Source: Acidobacteriota bacterium (GTDB taxonomy: Bacteria; Acidobacteriota; Vicinamibacteria; JAXLQT01). Taken from it: 64,000 nt of DNA. Within the stretch, counting starts at the first letter, position 1. Each line of letters begins with the position of its first letter. Positions 42,815 through 50,108 of this stretch are shown piece after piece. The notes below the pieces were generated by a model. The model saw only the letters and a program-made list of their open reading frames with translations. It had not been told where the DNA came from and ran no database searches. The translations under genes and the position numbers were made by a program. The stretch is taken from assembly GCA_046331505.1 (NCBI GenBank), contig JAXLQT010000036.1, forward strand, positions 267 to 64,266, in the 5' to 3' direction.

Positions 42815-44878
42815 ATGCGCGGTCCGCAGCTCGATCTCTCTGGGCTCCCCGCGCAGGCGCCCCGCACGCGCTTCGGCCGCGCGCTGCGCGGCTGCGTCCT
42901 GACCAACATCGCAGTCTCTGTGGTCGTCCTGCTCCTGTCTCCGTCCTGGGTGACGCGTGCCGGCGCCGTGTTCGGGATCGTGCTCGTCCTCCCGGTGATC
43001 GGCTTCTGGGGGATCCAGTGGTTCCGGAGGAAGGTGCTCTGGAAGGTCCGGCGGCGGCTCTTCGTGAGCTTCCTGCTGATCGGCGTGCTGCCCCTCTTCC
43101 TGTCGCTGTCACTGTCCCTCGTCGCCGAGGTGTTCTACGCCTTCTTCGCGAGCGCCTCGGCGGTGAAGCTCGCGCTCCAGGAGGTGGGACCGACGGTGGC
43201 GCTCATCGCAGACAACGCCTCGACGATGGCCACCCACCTCGCCGCCCACGGCCGCGAAGGCGCGGGCGACGAGCCCGGAGAGCTCCTGCCGCAGGGAATC
43301 CAGAGGCGCTTCCCGGGCATCGCCATCCACCGCATCGGCCCGGGAGCCGACCGCGATCCGACCGACTCCAAGAAGGCGATGCCCGAGTGGATGCGCGGCC
43401 CCGCGGTCGACGCCCTGTTCCTCGAGCCGGGATACCACGTCGCGTGGGCGAGCCTGCGGGTCGTCGAAGGCACCGAGGACCGGGTGCTGATCGTCCTGCC
43501 GCTCGACGAGAAGCTCGTGGAGGAGCTGCGCGGGCGCCTGGGCATCGGCACGCTCGTCAAGGTCCTCGCTCTCGACGAAGGGTGGGACGACGAGGACAGC
43601 CACGACCCCGGCATCACGATCGACACCGGAGGTCACCGGGCGCACATCAACGGAGACGACGACACCGAGGAGTTCTTCAAGCAGGTCAAGACGAGGCTGA
43701 ACGAGATCGGGCGGCCCCTCCCTTACCTCTGGGGCGTGACGATGGCGACACAGCGGTGGGAGGATCGGAAGCCGGCCGACGTGCTCGTCTTCTTCGCGTC
43801 GTCGTTCGGCGGCGATCTCGATCGCATGAAGGGCGCCTACTCCGGGGCGCCCGGCGAGTTCGTCAAGGCGCTCGGGATCGTCTTCGTCGCGTGCTTCGTG
43901 CTCGCGTACATGATCTTCCTCGGGATGGGGGTCCTCATCGCGGGCGCGGTCTCGGGGGGGATCGGGAGGCTCTACCAGGCCACGACGGAGTTCGCGCGCG
44001 GAAACCTCGACTTCCGGATCAAGGTGCGCCAGCGCGACCAGCTCGGCCACCTCGCGGCGTCGATGAACGCGATGGCGGACAACGTCCAGCGCCTCCTGCG
44101 CGAGTCCGCCGAGCGCGAGCGGCTCACCCAGGAGTTCGCGCTCGCCCAGGAGGTGCAGAAGAAGCTCCTCCCTCCCGCGTTGCCCCCCTTCTGCGGCGCG
44201 ACCGTCGCCGGCCGGCTCAAGCCGATGAGCGAGGTCGGCGGCGACACCTACGACTGGATGACGCTCTCGGACCACGAGCTCTTCGTGATGATCGGCGACG
44301 TCTCCGGCCACGGCCTGCGTCCCGGCCTCCTCGCCGCGATGGCCAAGGCGTGCCTCATGACGAAGGTGACGCACGACACCGGCCACCCCGCGATCCTCCA
44401 GGCGCTCCACAAGGTGGCCCTCGGCGCAATGGACCGCCGCCTCTTCATGACGGTGTCGCTCGCGACCTTCGACTTCACGGCCCACACGGTGACCCTCTCT
44501 TCGGCGGGCCACCCGCCGACGCTACGCTACCGGGACGGCGCCGTGGCCGAGCTCGGCGACGCGACGTACCCGCTCGGCGTGCGCGAGCAGCGTGAGTTCA
44601 CGTCGCGGGTCCACGACCTCGCGGCGGGCGACGTCTACCTGCTGATCTCCGACGGCGTCGTCGAGGGTCGCAACGGCAACGGCGACGTCTGGGGCTACGA
44701 CCGACTCTGCGACTCTCTCGCGCGCCACGCCTCCCGTCCGGCGGAGGAGATCCTCGACGGCATCCTCGACGATCTGCACTCCTACTGCGGCAACCGTCCG
44801 CAGGACGACGACATCACACTGGTCGTCGTCCAGATCGCCTCCGCTCCTGCTCCGGCAGGGGAGGCTCCCACGACCTAG
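42815..44878 (+). CDS. membrane-bound HAMP + PP2C/SpoIIE-family serine phosphatase (RsbU-like)
   Basis: 687 aa. TM helices flank a periplasmic-like domain. The HAMP region is around IGRLYQATTEFARGNLDFRIKV. PP2C motifs are EVGGDTYDW, VMIGDVSGHG, SAGHPP, LLISDGV and DDITLVVV. Confidence 0.85.
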   Translation: MRGPQLDLSGLPAQAPRTRFGRALRGCVLTNIAVSVVVLLLSPSWVTRAGAVFGIVLVLPVIGFWGIQWFRRKVLWKVRRRLFVSFLLIGVLPLFLSLSLSLVAEVFYAFFASASAVKLALQEVGPTVALIADNASTMATHLAAHGREGAGDEPGELLPQGIQRRFPGIAIHRIGPGADRDPTDSKKAMPEWMRGPAVDALFLEPGYHVAWASLRVVEGTEDRVLIVLPLDEKLVEELRGRLGIGTLVKVLALDEGWDDEDSHDPGITIDTGGHRAHINGDDDTEEFFKQVKTRLNEIGRPLPYLWGVTMATQRWEDRKPADVLVFFASSFGGDLDRMKGAYSGAPGEFVKALGIVFVACFVLAYMIFLGMGVLIAGAVSGGIGRLYQATTEFARGNLDFRIKVRQRDQLGHLAASMNAMADNVQRLLRESAERERLTQEFALAQEVQKKLLPPALPPFCGATVAGRLKPMSEVGGDTYDWMTLSDHELFVMIGDVSGHGLRPGLLAAMAKACLMTKVTHDTGHPAILQALHKVALGAMDRRLFMTVSLATFDFTAHTVTLSSAGHPPTLRYRDGAVAELGDATYPLGVREQREFTSRVHDLAAGDVYLLISDGVVEGRNGNGDVWGYDRLCDSLARHASRPAEEILDGILDDLHSYCGNRPQDDDITLVVVQIASAPAPAGEAPTT

Positions 44879-44923
44879 GGCGGCGGAGGCGGCGGACCTC
44901 CAGCGGATCCCGTGCGGGCGTAG

Positions 44924-44932
44924 TGCTAGAAT
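44924..44932 (+). promoter_or_regulatory. candidate extended -10 promoter element (TGcTAGAAT) upstream of the Pup-like ORF
   Basis: TGCTAGAAT lies 43 nt upstream of GTG 44975. No convincing -35. Purely a motif match. Confidence 0.25.
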
Positions 44933-44974
44933 CTGGTCCACGCGGCGCGCCGCGAAAGGCTCGGAGGTACGTCA

Positions 44975-45154
44975 GTGCGAAAGTCGAATGCAGAGGCGCG
45001 AGAGTCGAAGTCGGGAGTCGCCAGGGTGCTTCCGGCCACGGAGGAGAGCGCGAAGTCGAAGGCGGCGGCGCTCGTCAAGGACCTGAAGCGCGATGCCGCA
45101 AAAGATCCGAAGGACTACGTGACCCGCTGGGTCGTGCCGGGAGGCGGCGAGTAG
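44975..45154 (+). CDS. Pup-like small protein modifier (59 aa) ending Gly-Gly-Gly-Glu
   Basis: Below the 60-aa cutoff of the ORF track. GGAGG at 44963-44967 lies 7 nt before the GTG. Translation: MRKSNAEARESKSGVARVLPATEESAKSKAAALVKDLKRDAAKDPKDYVTRWVVPGGGE*. By hand count, 48 of 59 codons end in G/C. It is immediately upstream of a Pup-ligase family gene. Confidence 0.65.
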   Translation: MRKSNAEARESKSGVARVLPATEESAKSKAAALVKDLKRDAAKDPKDYVTRWVVPGGGE

Positions 45155-45237
45155 CCCGCCCGCTCCGGCGACCGCGGGGCGCAACCGAACGCGGCCCGTC
45201 CCGGCGCGCGGCGTCCGCGCAGCCGTCCCAGCCCGAT

Positions 45238-47145
45238 CGCCGCATCTTCGGGCTCGAGACCGAGTACGCCATCCTCTTCGAGCCTGCCGCCGGAGAGCGG
45301 CAGGCGCCCGACGGCCCGTCCATCTACGACGCCATCTCCGCGAGCGTCCTGTCCCGCGTGCGGGCGCTCCCCGCCAGGCACCGCAAGCACGGCCACTTCC
45401 TCGAGAACGGCGCCTTCCTCCATTACGAGGGACGCGCGGAGTCCGAGCCCCAGGGCCTCCTCGAGCTCTCCACGCCGGAGTGCCGTACCGCGAGGGACGT
45501 GGCGCTGTACAGCAAGGCGGGCGAGAAGCTCCTTGCGGATGCCCTGCCCGACGCCGAGAAGACGCTCGCCGCCGCGGGCTATCCGGGGACCATCGTGCTC
45601 GGGAAGAACGCCCGCGACGCCTTCGACAACACGTACGGAAGCCACGAGAACTACCTGGTCCGCGACCCGATCCCCCGCGCCAGGGCGCTGCTGCTCCTGG
45701 CGGCGTTCCTCGTCCTCCGGCTGCCGCTCCAGCTCTACGACGTGCTGCGCAGGGCCGGCGAGCTCCTCTACGTCATCCTGACGTTCGGCCTCTACCTGTG
45801 CGGGCTCGCGGTCATGCTCGTCCTGCGCCTCTTCAGGCGCCGAGACGAACGGTCCATTCCCCAGCGCATCGATCGCTTCCTCGAAGAGGTCGACGACGTC
45901 CTCCGGCCCCCCGTGCGCCGCGTCGGGATGGCCTTCCACCTCCTCTTCCGCCCCGCGGCGCGGCTCCTCTCGGCATTCATGAGGCTGTTCCTGTTCGAGG
46001 ACATCCGGAGGTTCCTTCCCACCTTCCTCGCGACGCGCCAGATCTTCACCGGCGCGGGCCACTTCTCGCGCGATCCGGACGAGCCGATCTTCTCCGTCAC
46101 CGAGAAGGCCGCCTCCATCACCTGCGTGACGCGCCTTTACTGGGACGACGCGCGCCATCGCCCGATGATCGACCTGAAGAACTTTCTCTTCGACGCGCGC
46201 GCCGTCGTGGCGCCGGAGAAGCGCCTGCAGCTCGTGCTGTCGGACTCGAACATGAGCGACGTCGCCGACTTCCTGAAGTTCGGCACGACGTCGCTCGTGC
46301 TGAGAGCGATCGAGGAGGGCGCCATCCCGGCGGGCCTGTGCCTCGCCGATCCCGTCGACGGCCTCCATCGCGTCGCGGGCGACCCCGAGCTCCGCACCAA
46401 GCTCGCGCTCGCGGACGGCCGCGAGCTGACCGCGCTCCAGATCCAGTGGGAGTACCTCACCCTTTGCGAGGGGCTCTTCCGAAGGAGCGGCACCGTGAGC
46501 ATCTCGGATCGCGAGGTGCTCCGGGAGTGGCGCCAGACCCTGACGGACCTGGAAGCGGATCCGGCCCTCGCCTCGGACCGGCTGGACTGGCCGCTCAAGC
46601 TGTTCCTCATCGGCCAGTCTCTCGAGGACGTCGATGCCCCGGATGCTCCCGGCGGCGCCGAGGATCCCCTGGCCGCGCTCGAAGTACTGGATCCGTGGCG
46701 CGAGATCGTGCTCCAGGCCGAGCTTTCCGGCGTCGATCTCAAGGGCGACGGGCGGGACATGGATCGCCTGCGCGCGCTCTTGCCCCGCGACGTCTTCGAG
46801 CGGCTCCAGCGGGGCCTCGCCTTCCGCCGCCTCGATCCCTCACGCCTCGAGCGGCAGGCGGATCGGATCTACCGGGCAAAGAAGGCCGACCTCAAGTACC
46901 ACGACATCACGCCGGGCCGCGGGTACTACGCCCGGGCCCGCGCGACGGAGCTCGCGCGGCCGCTGCACGACGACGAGAGAGTCGCCTGGGCCGCGAACAA
47001 CCCGCCCGCGGGGACCCGCGCCGCCCTCCGAGGAGCGTTCGTGAAGAGCCACCACCGCGATCCTGGGGGACGCGTCAACTGGACCGGTGGTCGCGCCCGC
47101 AAGGCGCGCGTGCGGTTCGGATCGCCATTCGACACGGACGCGTGA
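45238..47145 (+). CDS. PafA/Dop family (Pup-ligase/deamidase fold) protein with a ~100-aa hydrophobic insertion; true start undetermined
   Basis: RRIFGLETEYA, FLENGAFLHYE...LSTPEC, GKNARDAFDNTYGSHENYL, FLATRQIFTGAGH, LVLSDSNMSDVADFLKFGTTSLVL, LKYHDITPGRG and PPAGTRAALRGAFV parallel M. tuberculosis PafA motifs as I recall them. 45238 is the first conserved codon, not a start codon. Confidence 0.85.
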   Translation, partial: RRIFGLETEYAILFEPAAGERQAPDGPSIYDAISASVLSRVRALPARHRKHGHFLENGAFLHYEGRAESEPQGLLELSTPECRTARDVALYSKAGEKLLADALPDAEKTLAAAGYPGTIVLGKNARDAFDNTYGSHENYLVRDPIPRARALLLLAAFLVLRLPLQLYDVLRRAGELLYVILTFGLYLCGLAVMLVLRLFRRRDERSIPQRIDRFLEEVDDVLRPPVRRVGMAFHLLFRPAARLLSAFMRLFLFEDIRRFLPTFLATRQIFTGAGHFSRDPDEPIFSVTEKAASITCVTRLYWDDARHRPMIDLKNFLFDARAVVAPEKRLQLVLSDSNMSDVADFLKFGTTSLVLRAIEEGAIPAGLCLADPVDGLHRVAGDPELRTKLALADGRELTALQIQWEYLTLCEGLFRRSGTVSISDREVLREWRQTLTDLEADPALASDRLDWPLKLFLIGQSLEDVDAPDAPGGAEDPLAALEVLDPWREIVLQAELSGVDLKGDGRDMDRLRALLPRDVFERLQRGLAFRRLDPSRLERQADRIYRAKKADLKYHDITPGRGYYARARATELARPLHDDERVAWAANNPPAGTRAALRGAFVKSHHRDPGGRVNWTGGRARKARVRFGSPFDTDA

Positions 47146-47157
47146 CCCGGTGCCGCG

Positions 47158-48288
47158 TCACTTCGCGACGCGGCGGAGCTCGCTCTTTCGCCCGGGTGGG
47201 AGCGCGCGTAGCTGGGCGGAGCGCCACGAGATCCCCTCGCGGCCCGCGATGGCGCGGAGCACCCTGAACGCGGCGTCGCCGAGCCACCCCGGCGTGGCGC
47301 AGAGCGCGGCGAGGGCCGGGAGCTCCGCCTTGCCTCCGATCGCCTCGGCGGCGTGCAGGTGCTCGACGCGGAGCTCGTCGCGCAACGTCGACAGGAGCTC
47401 GCGAAGCTCCACCGCGGCCACGCGGCTCTCCTGAGACGCCAGGGCGAGATGGGCGCGGGCCGACAGGGCCACGACCTCCTGGCGATCCCGCGGGCGCGCG
47501 TGGAGCGCTTCCCCCGCGCGCTTGCACACCTCCCACAGCGGGGGGATCAGCGCGGCGTCTTTGACCTCGGTCGCGAGGAGCGCGAGGAGGCCCAGGCGGA
47601 CCGGTTCCGACTCCAGCTCGAGCCGCCGCGCGAGCGTCGAGACGGGGGTCACGCGCGCGACCGCGCGGCGGTGACGCAGCTCCTCCGGGGACTCGGGAAC
47701 GAACGCGAGGTACGCGTCGAGGCTCGGCGCCGCATCCGAGGGCGCGCGCTGCTGGGACGCATCGGCGGCAACGCGCATGTCGCCGAGATCGGCGAGGAGC
47801 TCGTCGAGCTCCCCCCCGGCGCGTTCGAGGGCAACGGGCGTCAGCATCGCGCCCTCCTGTGCGGACACGTTCGCCTCGCTCGCGCCGCTCACGCCGGCGC
47901 GCTGGAGGCGCGCGAGGCTCACGGCGATCGCAGCCAGCTCGGGAGGCCCCGCGGCGGGAACCAGGCCCGCGAGGGCGCGCACCGCCGCCGGCTTCTCGTA
48001 GGAGGCCAGGACCTTGATGGCGAGGATCGATCGCGCGCCGCGCCGCGCGCCCGCGGCACCCTCGAGAACGGGAATGACCCTCCGGTCCTTCAGCAGGCCC
48101 AGGAGCCGCAAGAGCCGCAGCGCCTGGAGCTCCTCCGCCGCGCCGAGCGCCTCGCAGATCGAGGGAAACGCGGGCGAGCCGATCACGAGCAACCGCGCCG
48201 CCGCCGCGGAAGCGCCATCGGGATCGGGGGCGGCGAGCCGCGCAAGGAGCTGCTGGATCTCGGTCCGCTTCGACGTCGCAATCGGCAA
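47158..48288 (-). CDS. HEAT/ARM-like helical repeat protein, function unknown
   Basis: 376-aa ORF, Leu/Ala-rich helical repeats (LLRLLGLLKDRRVIPVLEGAAG...AAVRALAGL). Convergent with the ligase gene. Confidence 0.5.
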   Translation of the reverse strand: MPIATSKRTEIQQLLARLAAPDPDGASAAAARLLVIGSPAFPSICEALGAAEELQALRLLRLLGLLKDRRVIPVLEGAAGARRGARSILAIKVLASYEKPAAVRALAGLVPAAGPPELAAIAVSLARLQRAGVSGASEANVSAQEGAMLTPVALERAGGELDELLADLGDMRVAADASQQRAPSDAAPSLDAYLAFVPESPEELRHRRAVARVTPVSTLARRLELESEPVRLGLLALLATEVKDAALIPPLWEVCKRAGEALHARPRDRQEVVALSARAHLALASQESRVAAVELRELLSTLRDELRVEHLHAAEAIGGKAELPALAALCATPGWLGDAAFRVLRAIAGREGISWRSAQLRALPPGRKSELRRVAK

Positions 48289-48325
48289 GAGGGGCCTTCC
48301 CGCGCGTCGCTATACTACCCGCCCG

Positions 48326-48817
48326 ATGGTCATGGTGAGGCGATCGATCGCGCTCACAGCGGTGCTCGCGGCGTCGTTGGCGGCGGCCGGGGAGCTTGCT
48401 CCGGTGACGGTCAAGCTCCCGTCGGGCACGGCGCTGCGGGGAGAGCTCGCGCAGGACGACGACGATCGCGCGCGGGGCCTCATGTTCCGCACGGAGGAGC
48501 AGTTCCAGCCCGATCAGGCGATGGTGTTCCTCTTCGAGACGATGGAGCTCCAGAGCTTCTGGATGAAGAACATGAACTTCGCGATCGACATCGTGTGGCT
48601 CTCGCCCGAGATGAAGATCGTTCACGTCGAGCGCGACGTGCCTCCGTGCACCAAGGAGGAGCGCGATTGCCCGCTCTACACTCCGGTGCAGAAGGCGCAG
48701 CTCGTCGTCGAGCTGTACCGCGGCACCTACGCCAAGGAGAAGCTGAAGGTGGGCGACGCGATCGAGGTCCGGACTCCGGACGGCAAGCCACTTGCCGTAC
48801 CGGGAAAGGACCCGTAG
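48326..48817 (+). CDS. DUF192 (COG1430) domain protein with signal peptide
   Basis: ATG at 48326 (MVMVRRSIALTAVLAASLAAAG). GLMFRTEEQFQPDQAMVFLFE...FWMKNMNFAIDIVWL is typical of DUF192. Confidence 0.75.
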   Translation: MVMVRRSIALTAVLAASLAAAGELAPVTVKLPSGTALRGELAQDDDDRARGLMFRTEEQFQPDQAMVFLFETMELQSFWMKNMNFAIDIVWLSPEMKIVHVERDVPPCTKEERDCPLYTPVQKAQLVVELYRGTYAKEKLKVGDAIEVRTPDGKPLAVPGKDP

Positions 48818-48818
48818 G

Positions 48819-49622
48819 TCAGGTCGCCCCGTAGAGGAACCGTGCGATGGCCTGGGTGACCAGCGCCGGCTGCTCCACGGGAGACGAGTGACCCGCACGC
48901 GGGATCTCGACGAGGCGCGATCCCGGGATCGCCGCCTGGATCGCGCGCGCCTTCGCAGGCGGCGTGGCGACGTCCTCGTCGCCGACCACGACGAGTGCCG
49001 GGACGCGGATCGATGCGATCTCCCCCCGGACGCCTTCGCGGGTGATGACGCCCATCGTGGCGCGAGCGGCGCCGGCACGATCCACCGCGCGGAGCCGTGC
49101 GCGCCATGCGCCGCGATCCGCCTCGCGCGCGGGGTCGGTCATGAAGGTCCTGCCGAAGAGGATCGGCATCACCTTGCCGATGACGGGCGCCGGACCCAGG
49201 AGCCGGGCGACGAACGCGAGCCGCCGGTAGCGCGGCACGTTCTCCGGCGGCTCGCGCTCGCACGACGTCTCGAGCAGGCACAGCGACCGGACGAGATCGG
49301 GCCTGCGCGCCGCGAGCCGCATGCCGACGAACCCGCCCATCGAGAGGCCGACGAAGTGGCAGGGCGCCGCGCCGAGGGCCTCGATCAGCGCGGCGGCATC
49401 GGCCGACGCGGTGTCCATGTCGTAGCCGCCGCGCGTCACCTCGCTCTTGCCTTGACCGCGATGGTCGTAGGCGATGCAGCGGTAGCGCGGCGAGAGCTCC
49501 GCCACCTGGGCGTCCCAGAGGCGCGTCGAGAGCAGGAGGCCGTGGGAGAAGACGACGGCCTGGGGGCCGCGCCCCGTCTCCTCGTAGGAGATCTCGACGC
49601 CGTTGACGCGGATGCGTGGCAC
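48819..49622 (-). CDS. alpha/beta hydrolase
   Basis: 267 aa. Motifs are VVFSHGLLLS, the nucleophile elbow GLSMGG, and C-terminal GHSSPVEQP. Confidence 0.85.
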   Translation of the reverse strand: MPRIRVNGVEISYEETGRGPQAVVFSHGLLLSTRLWDAQVAELSPRYRCIAYDHRGQGKSEVTRGGYDMDTASADAAALIEALGAAPCHFVGLSMGGFVGMRLAARRPDLVRSLCLLETSCEREPPENVPRYRRLAFVARLLGPAPVIGKVMPILFGRTFMTDPAREADRGAWRARLRAVDRAGAARATMGVITREGVRGEIASIRVPALVVVGDEDVATPPAKARAIQAAIPGSRLVEIPRAGHSSPVEQPALVTQAIARFLYGAT

Positions 49623-49660
49623 GCGGCGCGGGCGGGGCGATCGCCCCGGCCCCGTCTGAC

Positions 49661-49963
49661 CTAGTCCGCCGCGAAGGGCAAGAGCGCGATGTTGCGCGCG
49701 CGCTTGATCGCGATCATCAGCTTGCGCTGGTGCGTGGAGCAGGTGCCGGAGATGCGGCGGGGGAGGATCTTCCCGCGCTCGGGGATGAACTGGAGCAGGA
49801 GCTTCTGGTCCTTCCAGTCGATGGAGTCGATCTTCTCCGCGCAGAACTTGCAGACCTTGCGTCGCCGGAAGAAGCCGCGGCCGCGTCCGCCCGCGCCGCC
49901 GCCGCGCGGGCCGCGCCCGCCTTCCTTGGGATCCCGGAGATCGTCGTTGCTCTCGTCAGCCAT
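49661..49963 (-). CDS. rpsR: 30S ribosomal protein S18 with Arg/Gly-rich N-terminal extension
   Basis: [65 protein letters not shown] is classic S18, preceded by [32 protein letters not shown]. Confidence 0.9.
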   Translation of the reverse strand: MADESNDDLRDPKEGGRGPRGGGAGGRGRGFFRRRKVCKFCAEKIDSIDWKDQKLLLQFIPERGKILPRRISGTCSTHQRKLMIAIKRARNIALLPFAAD

Positions 49964-49984
49964 GTGTTTGCCTTTCGAACCGGT

Positions 49985-50055
49985 GGGGGCAAGCCCCCTG
50001 CGTATCTCGTGGGGAAGAGCCCCACCAAGACATTGCGAGGGGATCGACCCCTCGC
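49985..50055. repeat. three consecutive GC-rich hairpins between dnaJ and rpsR (one REP-like; the dnaJ-proximal one a candidate terminator)
   Basis: GGGGGCaaGCCCCC (49985-49998), GTGGGGaagagCCCCAC (50009-50025), GCGAGGGGatcgaCCCCTCGC (50035-50055). The flank gaaccggtgggggcaagccccc parallels gaaccggcgggggataagccccc of the clpP-upstream repeat. Confidence 0.45.
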
Positions 50056-50108
50056 TGAATCGGGGCCAAGAGCCTACCTCATGCTCCCGGCCGCCACAAC
50101 CCGCGGCG

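Noticed and set aside
44923-45237. Taking GTG 44923 as the start of the Pup-ligase homologue (the full 740-aa track ORF).
   Set aside because: The 105-aa extension is Arg/Gly junk with many A/T-ending codons. It completely overlaps the much more coding-like Pup-like ORF in another frame. PafA/Dop proteins start right at the R-I-x-G-x-E-T-E motif.
38613-48288. Looked for Mpa/ARC AAA+ ATPase, 20S proteasome alpha/beta or Dop genes to complete a canonical Pup-proteasome system, and for clpX next to clpP.
   Set aside because: None is present. The only NTPase-like gene nearby is AAA_16/TPR with a degenerate Walker A, not a double-psi-barrel/AAA+ Mpa-type protein.
48281-48316. TATACT at 48311-48316 as a promoter for the DUF192 gene.
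   Set aside because: There is no acceptable -35 at 16-19 nt. It lies only 9 nt from the ATG and inside the 5' end region of the convergent or divergent neighbour. The evidence is too weak to report as a feature.
49964-50108. Possible tRNA or T-loop-like element (GGTTCGAA on the minus strand, plus several short stems).
   Set aside because: No 7-bp acceptor stem, D-arm or anticodon arm can be assembled. The stem and loop sizes (5-nt loops, 6-8-bp G/C stems) fit REP or terminator hairpins instead.
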